64,000 bases of DNA. It comes from the human T2T-CHM13v2.0 reference genome, Homo sapiens. The translations under genes were made by a program, and so were the position numbers. The DNA is taken from assembly GCF_009914755.1 (NCBI RefSeq), contig NC_060945.1; one strand, written 5' to 3'. Shown here in pieces: positions 1-13,941 of the stretch. Positions within the stretch are counted from its first letter, which is position 1, and each line of letters begins with the position of its first letter. Under the pieces are notes generated by a model. That model was not told the origin of the DNA. It saw nothing but the letters and a program-made list of their open reading frames with translations, and did not search any database.

Positions 1-170
1 GTGTTCTAGTGTCCTGGCAGCTCTAGCCATGAAGGGATGATGCTTTATCAGCATTTCTGTTGAGTTTTTTGCTTTTTCTCACAAACTGATTCCACTTTTC
101 CCACATACGTTTGACAATTCATTTGAACTCATTTATTCTAAACCCATTATTTTTTGTCTATTATTTAATA

Positions 171-345
171 GGGTGGGGGGCGAGGGATAAAAGATAACAA
201 ATAAGGTGCAGTGTACACTGCTCGGGTGATAGGTGCACCCAAATCTCACAAATAACCAGTAAAGAAGTTATTCATGGAACCAAATACCACCGTACCCCAA
301 TAACCTATGGGAAAAAAAATAAAAAATACAATAAAAAAGAGTCAG
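171..345 (+). mobile_element. L1 3' end fragment (L1PB/old L1PA type) with A-rich tail
   Basis: GGGATAAAAGA...GTGTACACTGCTCGGGTGAT...CAAATACCAC...AACCTATGG followed by poly(A), resembling the L1PB 3'UTR terminus. Confidence 0.75.
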
Positions 346-944
346 AAAAAAAGAAAATAATCACTGTACTTACCATGACACTTAGAAATGGTGGCTAGCA
401 TTATTTGTGTCACCTAATAATATTATTATTTTTTCTTTATGCTACAAACTAGCTCTGCTATTACAATCACTACTATTTGAAGTGTTACTAAATTAAATTA
501 AATTTATTGTATCCTTCTGGACTCAGAAATGGGGGTAAATGCTAAGACAATTTCAGAATATTATCACATATTAAAAGCATATTATATGGGGAAAATGTGA
601 TTTAAAAAAAATAGAAATTGGTAGAGAAACAGTTTTTTTGTCTCTTTAATTTCTGCACATTTTGCAAGTATGGACGCTGACTTTCTTGTTCCAAATGATT
701 GTTTTCAAGCATGTTTGTATAGAAAACAGCCTTGGAATAGAAAACCAGTACCTCCTTCTGGAACAAAGGAAAAGTTTATTTACTGTCTAGTATAATGCAG
801 ATAATTTCTCCCTCTTGGGAAGGGTACAGCCAAGTGAACTTCCCATAATACAAGTTGGGGTTTCTTGAGCTTGGTTTTTTCTTCCACAGTGTAATGTGCA
901 GGTGCCACATGGCTCTCTTTGTGTTATCCTGGGAAAGCTGATGG

Positions 945-1735
945 CTGTAGGTGCATGTTTATTTTGGGGTTCTCTATTCTGTTTCATTGGTCTTTGTGTC
1001 TGTTTTCATATCGCTACCATGCTATTTTGTCTATTGTGGCCTTAGGGTATAGTATGAAGTCAAGTAATGTGATGTCTCCAGCTTTGTTCTTCTTGCTTAG
1101 GTTTCCTTTGGTTGTCTGGGCTCTTTAAAAATCCATATGAAATTTAGAATATATTTTTTTCTAATTCTGTGAAAAACGACATGGGTTGTTTCATAGGAAT
1201 GGTGTTGAATGTGTAGATTGCTTTTGGCAGTATAGCCATTTTAACAATATTGATCTTTCTAATCCATGAGCATGGAATAGTTTTCCATTTGCTTTGTCAT
1301 CTATGATTTTTTTCTGCAGTGTTTTGTAGTTCTCCTTTTAGATATCATTTACCTCCTTGCTTAGACATATTCTTCTTTTCTTTTCTTTTCTTTTCTTTTG
1401 GGGGTTGCTGTTGTAAACAGGATTGCACTCTTGATTTACCTCTCAGTTTAAACATTTTTGGTGTACAGAAATGATACTTCTTTCTATATGTTGTTTTTTT
1501 TAATCCTGAAAGTTTGCTGAAGACTTTTTTTATCAGTTCTAGGAGCCTTTTGGCACAGTCTTTAGGGATTTCTAGGTGTAGAATCATATCATCAGTGAAG
1601 AGAGATAATTTGACTTCATTTCTTATTTGGATGCCTTTTATCGCTTTCTCTTGCCTGATTGCTCTGGCTAGGACTTGTTAAACAGGAGTGGTGAGAACAG
1701 CCATCCCTATTTTATTCCTGTTCATAAGGGGAATG
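945..1735 (-). mobile_element. L1 ORF2 fragment, antisense, interrupted by the ERV LTR at 1736
   Basis: Typical antisense L1 text (GGGTTCTCTATTCTG..., TTGCCTGATTGCTCTGGCTAGGACT). ORF 1345-1587(-) [19 protein letters not shown] resembles the L1 ORF2 RT region. Confidence 0.85.
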
Positions 1736-2018
1736 TGTTGGGAGAAAAGCTGAGTGTTGGAAGAGAAGCTGAGGCAGGGCCATATGTTTCTCATTCACTT
1801 GATACACCGTTTCCTTTCAACCCCTAAATCCTCACCACCTGTTTGTTTGAGCACCAACAAATAGCGTGGGCTCCCAGAGCTTGGGGACTTTGCAGACTCC
1901 ACACTCGTGATGGTCTCCTGGTCCCACTTTCTCTCTCAAACTGTCCTTTTCTCATTCCTTTGACTCTGCCGGACTTCATCACCCCCATGACCTAGTGTTG
2001 GGTCTGATCACCCCAACA
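1736..2018 (+). mobile_element. LTR14-family 5' LTR (HERV-K14/HML-1-like), apparently internally deleted
   Basis: Starts TGTTGGGAGAAAAGCTGAG, ends CCCCAACA (TG...CA inverted termini) and is followed by a PBS. Only 283 bp long. Confidence 0.75.
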
Positions 2019-2022
2019 TTCC

Positions 2023-2040
2023 TGGCGCCCAACATGGGGT
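2023..2040 (+). other. Retroviral primer binding site, tRNA-Lys
   Basis: TGGCGCCCAACATGGGGT versus the Lys PBS TGGCGCCCAACGTGGGGC (2 mismatches), 4 nt after the LTR end. Confidence 0.85.
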
Positions 2041-3797
2041 GACAAAGACCCGGTGAAGGAAGGCTGGAGCATGTGAAAGCAGAGGACACAACATCAAAAG
2101 ACACCCGAGGACATACAAAGATGGGGAATGAAATTTAGTACTTAGAATTTGTTATCACTCTTTAGTACAGTAAAGCAGTTTTGCCCATGGTTTCCAGAAC
2201 AAAGGACTATGAAGTTGGATGAATGGGAGAGAATTGGAAGAGATTTTTTAAAAGGCATATAAAGATGGAGCAGAAATTCTAGTTTCTGTATGGTCAGTGT
2301 GGGCACTAATAAAGGCAGCCCTTGAGCCATTTCAAACAGATGATGAGGCAGACTCAGATGAGGAAGAGGAGGATGAGTGTAAAAAACTAACTTCAAATTC
2401 TGAGTGTGGGGAGCAGCTACCAGAGGAGATTAAAGAAAAGAAAGAAAAACTTTAAAAAGTATGTTTTACTAGCCCGTTGGCTCCACCTGCTGAATTAAGT
2501 GAATGGCCACCTCCTCTCTCTCCTCTAAATGGGTGAGAAAATAAATTAGCTGAAAAACTTACTGCTCCTGTAGTTACAACATTAAAACCTGGATCAATTG
2601 GTGGTGGTAGACAAAATTCTATTCAAAAAGCTAAAGCCAAGGGAGACCTTGAAGCATGGCAATTTCCCGTTATGATAATCCAGCAAGTAGGACAGAATAT
2701 AGCTAATTAGGCTGCTTTCTCTTTTAAGTTACTAAAGAATTTAAGCAAGCCATTAGTCAATATGGATTGAACTCTCTTTTTTTGCAAACTTTATTTAAAA
2801 ATATGGCTCTTGATAATGGATTACTACCATATAATAAGGATACTTTGACAAAACCTGTTCTCACTCCATCTCAGTACTTGCAGTTTAAAACTTGGTAGGC
2901 TGATGAAGATCAAACTCAGGCAAAAGAAAACCCACAAGTGCAGCCACCTGTGCCTGTTTTCTTTGATCAGTTAATGTGAGTTGGCCCTAACTGGGGTTGA
3001 TTAGAGAATCAAGCACTAATGGAAGATGTTGCCATTGTTCAGCTGTGCTTCATGTGCTTACATGCATAGAAAAGGATAAATGTTACAGGGGAAAAGTATC
3101 CTTATTTCAGTTCTGTCTGACAAGGACCTAAAGAACCATATATTAATTTTATTGCTCAGCTCCAAGAGGCTGTGTATAAAGCCGTAAATGATCAAAACAG
3201 CTCAGGATGTTGTAATACAGCTTCTTGCATACAATAATGCTAATGCAGAGTGTCAAACTGCTATTAGATCCCAGACAGAGAGGGCCCATTTAACTAAATA
3301 TATTAAGACTTGCGATGGCATTGGAGATAACTTACATAAGGTTATTCTTTTAGCTCAGGCTGTGGCTAGATTAAGAGTAAGAAAAAATATGCTTCATTTC
3401 TCAGGCTCTTGCCTTAATTGTGGGCAAATTGGACACAAGAAAGAAATGTAGAAAGGAATTCAAAAGACGAAAACTACTACCATCAATCAACAGAAAAGTC
3501 CCAATGTACGTCCCTGGTGTAAGAAAGGCAATCACTGGGCAAGTCCGTGTCATTCTAAATTTAGCAAAGATGGACAACCTCTTTCAGGAAATAGGAAGGG
3601 GGACCCGCCTCAAGCCCCTCAACAAACTGAGGCATACCCAGCACAGCCACTGCCCTTACAAATGTACAGCAATTGTCCCCCACCTCAGCAAGCAGTGCTG
3701 CTGTAGACCTCTACAGCACAATTCCCATCTCCTTACTTCCTGGGGAGCCACGAAAGAAGGTCCCCACAGGAGTTAGGGCACCCTTACCCTGAGGAAC
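2041..3797 (+). pseudogene. gag: HERV-K (HML-1-like) gag and start of dUTPase/pro, multiply disrupted
   Basis: Capsid-like sequence (QGPKEPY..F, NANAECQTAI). Two CCHC knuckles (CLNCGQIGH..., PWCKKGNHW). Then ISLLPGEP..KVPTGV, cut by the MER9 LTR. Confidence 0.85.
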
Positions 3798-4247
3798 TGT
3801 TGGGAACAAGCCTCCCCAAATCCGGCCATAAACTGGCCCCAAAACTGGCCATAAACAAAATCTCTGCAGCACTGTGACATGTTCATGATGGCCATAACAC
3901 CCACGTTGGAAGGTTGTGGGTTTACTGGAATGAGAACAAGGAATACCTGGCCCGTCCAGGGTGGAAATCCACTTAAAGGCATTCTTAAGCCACAAACAAT
4001 AGCATGAGTGATCTGTGCCTTAAGAATAAGGGATACTTTTAGTTAATCTAATATCTATAGAAACAATGCTAATGACTGGCTTGCTGTTAATAAATACGTG
4101 GGTAAATCTCTGTTCAGGGCCCTGCTCTGAAGGCTGTAAGACACCCCCCCCCCATTTTCCCACTTCACACCTCTATATTTCTGTGTGTGTCTTTAATTCC
4201 TCTAGTGCTGCTGGGTTAGGGTCTCTCCAACCGACCTGGTCTCAGCA
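3798..4247 (+). mobile_element. MER9 5' LTR of HERV-K9 (HML-3)
   Basis: TGTTGGGAACAAG...GGCCATAAACTGGCCCCAAAACTGGCCATAAACAAAATCTCTGCAGC, AATAAA at ~4089, ends TCTCAGCA, then a degenerate PBS (TGGTGCCC...). Confidence 0.88.
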
Positions 4248-4399
4248 AGTGGTGCCCATTAATGGGGGCTCAAATACAGGTCAAAGGATCGCTGGAGCAA
4301 CGATTGGAGAATGTGGAACTAGCTGGAGGACACCCGAGTACTCTTAAAGCAATCCCCGTGGTGAGTAAGAAGGGGAGCTCGGAAGCATCAGGGTAGCAA

Positions 4400-5716
4400 T
4401 AGGACAAGTGTGGGCTGTGGTTCGTTCTACCTTGGAACTTTTTCACACTGATGATGAGGAGGAAGGAGAGTATAACAAAGTAACAGTAGAGGTTACAGAC
4501 CAGGTTTATTTGTCACCTAAAGCTAAAGCAGAAAAGGAGGGAGAGGTTCATCCCTATCCTTCTGCACACCGTCATTACTATTTTGAAGAAAACGACCCTC
4601 CAGATCTTTCTTTTCTGGAGGACACTGGGTGAAAAGTAGTTGCCCTGGTGACTGAGCAGCGCCTTGAGCGACTGCTCTTAGTTCTATTCAGGCAGGAATA
4701 CAGCAAGCTAGACAAAAGTGGGATTTAGAGGCTTGGCAGTTCCCTGTTTGAATACACCCCCCAGATCAACAGGGAAATATTATAGCTACATTTGGGCCTT
4801 TTCCTTTTAAATCACTCAAAAAAATTAAACAAGCTATAAATCAGTATGGACCAGGTTCTCCTTTTGAAATGGGACTGTTAAAGAATGTTGCTGTTTCCAG
4901 TCGGATGATTCCTACTGACTGGGACACTTTTACTCTAGCTTGTCTAACTCCTGCTCAGTTCTTACAATTTAAAACTTAGTAGGCAGATGAAGCTTCCATT
5001 CAGGCTGCTCGCAATGCCTGGGCCCAACCTCAAATTAATATAACTGCAGACCAACTTTTGGGGGTTGGTGGCTGGGCTGGTTTACATGTACAAGTGGTCA
5101 TGCAGGATGATGCCATAGAACAGCTTAGAGGAGTGTGCATTAGAGCTTGGAATAAATCACTTCATGTGGAGAACAATACCCTTCCTTTAGTGCTATAAAA
5201 CAGGGACCAAGAGAACCATATGTGGATTTTATAGCTTGGTTACAGGAGTCTCTTGAAAAGATGATTGCAGATTTGGCTGCTTAGGATATAGTGTTGCAGT
5301 TATTGGTTTTGACAATGCTAATCCTTATTGCCAGGCTGCTCTGCGACCTATCAGAGGGAAAGCACATTTAGTTGATTATAACAAGGCCTGTGATGATATC
5401 AGAGATAATCTACATAAAGCTACTTTGTTGGCACAGGCGATGGCAGGACTGAGAGTGGATAAAGGAAATACTCTATTTCCTGGAGCTTGTTTTAACTGTG
5501 GGAAGCATGGTCATACTAAAAAGAATGTAAAAAAAAAAAAAAAATCACCGAGTCAGGCCACTAGATAGGGGAAAAAACAAAACTGCTGATCCTGAAATAT
5601 GTCCAAAATGTAAAAAAGGAAAACTTTGGGCTAATCAGTGTCACTCTAAGTTTGATAAAGAAGGGAACCCGATTTTGGGAAACTCCCTGAGGGGCCCATC
5701 CCAGGCCCTGTTCTAA
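4400..5716 (+). pseudogene. gag: HML-3 gag, disrupted
   Basis: QGPREPYVDF major-homology-like motif and knuckles CFNCGKHGH and CPKCKKGK.W, with stops and frameshifts. Confidence 0.8.
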
Positions 5717-5779
5717 ACCAGGGCATTTCCATCTCAGGCCATTCCCTCACCCCCATACGTTATCTTTCCCCACCACAGC

Positions 5780-6620
5780 CCATAGTGCTGCAGTAGATCC
5801 ATGCTGCACAAAAGCTGTGAGCCTTCTGCCTGGGGAACCCCCGCAAAAGGTCCCAACAGGAGTCTGTGGACTGTTGCGAGCAGGGACAATGGGATTACTT
5901 TTAGGAAGGTCTAGTTTAAGTTTAAAAGGGGTACAAATACACACTGGAGTCATTGATTCAGATTACAATGAGGAAATTCAAATTGTGATATTTAGTTCTG
6001 TTCCCTGGAAAGCACAGCCAGGAGTGCGCATAGCACAGCTCCTGAGTGAGCCGTATGTGGGAATGGGAAAAAGTGAAATTAAATGAACTGGAGGATTTGG
6101 AAGCACAAATAAAAAAGGCAAGGCAGCTTATTGGGTAAATCAAATTACTGATAAACATCCTACCTGTGAAATAACTATCCAGGGAAAGAACTTTAAAGGT
6201 TTGGTAGATACTATTTTTTTTTTTTGGTAGGAGTGGACATTTCAATTATTTCTCTACAGCACTGGCTGTCCATGTGGCCAATTCAGCCCACTCAATTTAA
6301 CACAGTGGAAACTGCTAAAGCTCCAGAAGTGTATCAGAGTAGCTATACTTTGCATTGTGAAGGGCCCAATGGACAACCTGGGACTGTTCAACCAATTGCA
6401 ACTTCTGTACCTATAAATTTATGGGGGAGAGATTTATTATGACAATGGGGAGCACAAGTTCTAATTCCATAACAAGTATACAGCCCTCAAAGTCAACATA
6501 TGATGCACGAAATGGGGCATGTCCCTGGTATAGGAGTAGAAAAAAAATTGCAAGGTTTGAAAGAACTGCTTCAAACGGAAAGACAAAGTTCCTGCCAAAG
6601 ATTAGTATACCATTTTTGAT
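5780..6620 (+). pseudogene. pro: HML-3 dUTPase-protease (pro), disrupted
   Basis: ORF 5817-6086 has dUTPase motifs GRSS and GVIDSDY. Protease LVDT|GVD is split by a T-run. INLWGRDLL is present. Confidence 0.88.
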
Positions 6621-7605
6621 GGTGGCCATAGTTAAGCCTCCAGAACCTATACCTTTAAAATGGTTAACAGATAAGCCAATTTGGATAGAATAATGGCTGC
6701 TAAGCAAAGGGAAACTGGATGCTTTAGAGAAATTAGTTACTGAACAATTAGAAAATGGGCACATAGCGCCAACATTTTCCCCTTGGAATTCTCCAGTTTT
6801 CATAATTAAGAAAAAATCAGGTAAATGGAGAATGTTAACTGACTTAAGAGCCATCAATTCAGTTATACAACCTATGGAAATATAACAGCCAGGATTCCCT
6901 TCTCTACTATAATTCCAAAAAATTGGCCTTTAATAGTCACAGATTTAAAAGACTGTTTCTTTACTACCCTTTTAGCTGAGCAAGACTGTGAACGGTTTGC
7001 ATTTACAATTCCTGCAGTAAACAACCTGCAGCCTGCTAAGCTTTTTCATTGTTTCACAGATGGGTCTAGTAATGGTAAAGGTTCTTATTCTGGATCAAAA
7101 GCTAAAGTTTTCCAGACACCCTATACTTCAGCTCAAAAGGCGGAGCTTGTAGCTGTAATTGAGGTGTTGGCTGCTTTTGATATGCCTGTTAATGTGATTT
7201 CTGATTCTTCATACATGGGTCATTCCACACAGTTAATTGAAAATGCTCAGTTAAGATTTCATACAGACGAACAACTGATAATAAAAACAAAAAAGGGGGA
7301 GAAACAGGGATTACGGGATAGCCCATACACAATTGAATCTTGCATTATTAACTTTCAAATTTTTGAGCCTGCCCAAAGGCCAGATGTTACCAGCAGCTGA
7401 ACAGCATCTACAGAAACCAGCTGCAAAGACAGAAGCAGAACAACTGGTTTGGTGGAGAGATCCAATAACAAAAAGTTGGGAAATAGGTAAAATTATAACT
7501 TGGCATAGAGGTTATGCTTGTGTTTCTCCAGGACCGAATCAACAACTGATTTAGATACCATCAAGACACCTGAAATTTTATCATGAGCCAGATGCTGAGG
7601 AAGAG
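6620..7605 (+). pseudogene. pol: HML-3 pol with two large internal deletions, truncated before env
   Basis: RT N-terminus ([39 protein letters not shown]), jump to RNase H (CFTDGSSNGK, SAQKAEL), jump to integrase C-terminus (WWRDPITKSWEIG...GYACVSPG). Confidence 0.88.
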
Positions 7606-7641
7606 AGAAAAAGCACAATCATCATTGAAATTAGAGCTTCT

Positions 7642-7858
7642 GGCTGGGCGCGGTGGCTCACGCCTGTAATCCCAGCACTCTGGAAGGCCGAGGTGGGCGG
7701 ATCACAAGGTCAGGAGATAGAGACCATCCTGGCTAACACGGCAAAACCCCGCCTCTACTAAAAATACAAAAAATTAGCTGGGTGAGGTGGCGGGCGCCTA
7801 TAGTCCCAGCTACTCAGGAGGCTGAGGCAGGAGAATGGTGTGAACCCAGGAGGCAAAA
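7642..7858 (+). mobile_element. Alu (Sc/Y-like), 3'-truncated in the right arm
   Basis: GGCTGGGCGCGGTGGCTCACGCC...GAACCCAGGAGGC then an abrupt switch with no A tail. Confidence 0.9.
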
Positions 7859-8279
<421 letters not shown>

Positions 8280-8990
8280 ACCCCCAACCTTGTCTAGACT
8301 GTGGGGTTTCAGTTTCACCCCAGGGGGGTCCTGGTTGGGTTAGAACCCTGAATCTGGTTTGAGTTCGTATCCTAAAGAATAAAGGGAATAAAGGCTGTAG
8401 CCACTAAGCTACTCAATCTGGTCCGGTTCTGGCTTTTGTGTGTCTGTCTGTATTTTTGGTCTAAATATTTGGCCCAACAGAGGTTAAAGGCTTTGATGTT
8501 CTCAGCAAAAGCCTTGAGATCTCTAGTTTATCTGTGTGCTCAACTGGAACAAAGAGACTCCATAAACTAGAAAAACCTAAAGAAAATGGCACGTGTGAAA
8601 AAATGAGAGCCAACTCCTGTTTGTTGTTCTGTCCACCTCCCTCTCTCACTCCTCCTTCTGCCTTTGCTGTGGTCCCATGGTGTTTCTGTCTTTCTGGGGA
8701 CCTGAGATTCAGTGTAGGAGTGAAGTCCATGATTTTAAAGCCTTCATGTCTCTGCTTTTTAACTCTGCCTGCTTTGCTGAGCTCTTATAATGAGAAATAA
8801 ACCATTCAGAACAGAAACAACAGGGCATCAGAAAACCAACTTCAGGCAGCGCTCCGGCAAGTACCTCCCTAGAGGGGAAGGGCCTACTAAAGGAGATTTA
8901 ATCTTGAAAAGGCCAAAATGAGAAGCTCTAACCTTAAGCTTGCTAGGTTTTCTAGGACTCGAGCTGGCTATATATTATGGACCATTCTAG

Positions 8991-9650
<660 letters not shown>

Positions 9651-9891
9651 TCTAGTGCACACTTTAAACCTGATGGCCAAATTACATGAAAGAAAATTCA
9701 GAACTCAAATAGTTACTATTTTTAAAAACCCTAAAGTGAAAAAGTCTCAGTTCTTTTGCCTATCTATTTTTTTTTCCCTGCCTACTTTGAATCTGCTGAT
9801 TTGTCTACTGGTGTTGAGATAAGACTTACTGTCTGTGGTGTTACTAATTCAAGGTCACTTGGCTGAAGAAAAACAAAAGAATGAAACAATT

Positions 9892-10207
<316 letters not shown>

Positions 10208-10692
10208 CAAAAGAGTTCTTTTATAAATACAAATAATTTAAAAAGTATTGATAAAATAAAAATAGAAAATAGAAATCTCTTCAGACTTGTCAGCATACAT
10301 TTTTGACTGTGTTTTATATTTACATTTGCTAGATATTTTAAGGTGCTAGGGTTTGGCATGAAGGTTATAAAGCTATAAACACAGGAAAAAAGAATATTTG
10401 TTTATGTGATTTTTTAAATACATAAGACCAATTTAATATGTTTTGTTGAACAAAAATAATGGAATTTTCTGAGTTATTGGTAAAATACCCATGTATTTAA
10501 CTTTGAAGTCCTCACTTACGTGAACTCCTGATATTCACAGGCTATAACATGGTTAACAAGAAAATAACCTAGAAATGATGACTAGCTTTGTCTAATACCT
10601 CAGTTCTCACAAATACTCTAGATAAACTGTCAAAAATAAGTAAATGTAAATGGATAAATGTCTATACAAGACATCTTAATGTATTTTTGAAA

Positions 10693-10966
10693 TTTTTTTG
10701 AGACAGTGTCTCTGTCTGTCACCCAGGCTGAAGTGCAGTGGCATGATCACAGCTCACTGCAACCTTGACCTTCTGCTCTCAAGGGATCCACCCACCTCAG
10801 CCTCCCATGTAGCTGTTAATTACAGGCATACACCACCATGGTCAGCTAACTTTTATTTTTTTTGTAGAGTCAGCATCTCACTATTTTGCTCAGGCTGGTT
10901 TCATGATACTCCTGCCTAGGCCTCCTAAAGTGTTGGGATTACAGGTGTGAGCCACCATGCCCAGCC
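10693..10966 (-). mobile_element. AluJ-like element with TSD
   Basis: Flanked on both sides by TATTTTTGAAATTTTT. Confidence 0.88.
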
Positions 10967-11052
10967 TATTTTTGAAATTTTGGTTATGTTAAATTAAATA
11001 ATAGATACTCATTAAATATCTGGGTTATTTCCAATTTAAAACTTATGTTTTA

Positions 11053-11343
<291 letters not shown>

Positions 11344-12512
11344 TATGTTTTAGGAACACATAATTCTAAATTATGAAATTATTCTCATATGTAAGATACT
11401 GCTATATGACAATTCCAGATTTCTTGCTTCCTAGGTTTTTTATTAAAATAAGGGTTACTAAGTGTTAATATCTTGCTAGATATGTGTGATTAAGACTACT
11501 AGATACAAGAGAAACAATTCTGTATGCAAAATGTATACCGGTTTTTGTTTCAGAGAAAGTAAATTCACTTACAGATTTTTAAGGATTATTTTAAATTGAA
11601 GGAATAAAAAAGATAGATAAAACTACATGTGTGTAAAAAGTTGGGAAAGATGAAAAAATTATACAAGGTTATTAAAAGTTTATGTAAATCTTACATCGAG
11701 GCCAAAACTGATTGAGATCAGATAGATTGTTTATAAAGTTTATTTAAATTAGCTATAATATTAAAAACAGTGATAAAAAACTAAAAATTTTGGTTAAAAC
11801 AACAAGGTTTTCTTAATGTATTTATTTGCTCATAATAAGAGGTAATAAATATTGACTTTTAATCCTGAAATCTGTTACTATAAAAACTTTTCAGATTTGT
11901 ATATCAGAAGTTCAACTTTTCCTGTACTTTCATGTTACACATGACTCACAGATCACATCACTGTCTCCTGTTCCTTCTTGAGAAGGAATAAAAGGCTTGG
12001 GTTTCCTGCTTGGCTGGGATGATAACTCCTTCAGCTTTTTCATCAGGTCTTATTTTATACTATTGGCTTTTAAATATGTCTTAATTACTTCATGTAACCA
12101 GGAAACTTTCTTGCTATCATTGTGAGCTATGGATCCCCACTGCTCTATGCTCTGGTTTTCCTGTTGACATTCCTTTGTAATATTATGCTCACTCATGACC
12201 CTGGACACACTCTTTCTATGTCTAATTAAATTCAAGTCTCCTTGTCATCGGAATTGACTTCCAAGTGATTTAAATTAGCTTCCCGTAAGAAGACACAGTT
12301 ATGCCACAGGAGTTTTACCCTTTAAATGACTGGCCTGTAATAAAGATTTTAGGTTTTATCAAGATAATCCATGTGTTGCCTTTATTTTTTTTTAATTACT
12401 TGGGAAAACTGAGGGTTTTCAGTTATCACATCCATGTAACCTTCTACGTTGCTTTTGATGTCTTTTGGTTGTCATTCTAATTAAATGAATGACTGTTATT
12501 TAAAAATGACAT

Positions 12513-12822
12513 GTGTCTGTGTGCAGCGGCTCATGTCTGTAATTCCGGCCCTTTGGGAGGCCAAGGTGTGTGGATCACTTGAGCCCAGGAGTTCAAGTCC
12601 AGCCTGGGCAAAATGGCAAAATCACATCTCTACTGAAAATACAAAAGCTAGCTATGTGTCGTAACAAGTGCTCATAGTCCTGGCTACTTGGGATACTAAG
12701 GTGGAGGATCACCTGAGCCTGGGAAGTTGAGGCTGCAGTGAGCCATGATTTCACCACTGCACTCCAGCCTGGGCAACAGGGTGAGACCCTGTCTCAAAAA
12801 AATAATAAAATAAAAAACAATA
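12513..12822 (+). mobile_element. AluJ-like element
   Basis: Diverged dimeric Alu with A tail. Confidence 0.85.
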
Positions 12823-12934
12823 AACTGTCATTCTGTTTTGGTCAAGTGTTTTCAATTTTTTGACATCTTTGCTAAATCTTAGTTGATAACATTGTATGGG
12901 AAGCATTGCCAAAAGATAAGTAACACTAAATCTT

Positions 12935-13229
12935 CTTTTTTTTTTCTCCGAGACAGAATCTTGCTTTGTCACCCAGGCTGGAGTGCAGTGGCGTGATCTA
13001 GGTCCATTGCAACCTCTGCCCCAAGGTTCAAGCGATTCTCCTGCCTCAACCTCCCAAGTAGCTGAGACTACAGACACATGCCACCACGCCCGGCTAATTT
13101 TGTATTTTTAGTAGAGACAAGATTTCTCCATGTTGGCCAGGCTGGTGTCAAACTCCTGACCTCTGATGATCTGTCCAACTTGGTCTCCCAAAGTGTTGGG
13201 ATTACAGACATGAGCCACTGTGCCTGGCC
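12935..13229 (-). mobile_element. AluS with TSD
   Basis: TSD TAAATCTTCTTTT on both sides. Confidence 0.9.
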
Positions 13230-13600
13230 TAAATCTTCTTTTGGTTACATTTATAGGTATATTATTAATATAAATATTTTAAATGTTATATAAATTATAA
13301 AAATCTAATATGGTATCAGTCATAATTTTGATGATGTTAAATATTCTCTAAAGTTGTATATGTATAGATATATTATTAATATAAATATTCTAAAGATTAT
13401 ATAAAATTTGTGGATGTCTGATGGATCTGATGTGTTGCCGTCAGTCATGATTCTGGCTGTTATCTTAAAATGCTACATATAATAGAAATAACTAAATTTT
13501 CTCGCAGGTCGAGAACTTCCACTGGATTTTAACCAAAGGATATTCTAAGTTTTTGTCATCCACGGTGATTGTTTAAAGTTCTTCTCTAAAACCCTTTACA

Positions 13601-13941
13601 GGCCGGGCGTGCTGCTGGAGGCTGTGCAGGGCACAGTGCTGGGCGTGGTGCAGGGCACGGTGGCTCACACGTGTAAAAATCCCAGCACTTTGCAAGGCCG
13701 AGGTGGGTGAATTGCTTGAACTCAGAAGTTTGAAAGCATCCTGGGCAACATGGTAAAACCCTGTCTCTACAAAAATACAAAAATTAGCCAGCATGATGGT
13801 GCGTGCCTATGGTCCCAACTACTTCGGAGGCTGAGGTAGGAGGATGGCTTGAGTTTGGGAGGGAGAAATTGTGGTGAGCCAAGATCATGCCACTGCACTC
13901 CATCCTGAGTGATAGAACCAGACCATGTCTCAAAAAAAAAA
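13601..13941 (+). mobile_element. Alu with reiterated 5' head
   Basis: TSD AAAA(C/G)CCTTTACA. About 48 extra nt of GGGC(G/A)..GTG repeats at the 5' end. Confidence 0.85.

Noticed and set aside
640-935. Possible old LTR fragment
   Set aside because: The composition is LTR-like but I could not identify termini, a TSD or a family.
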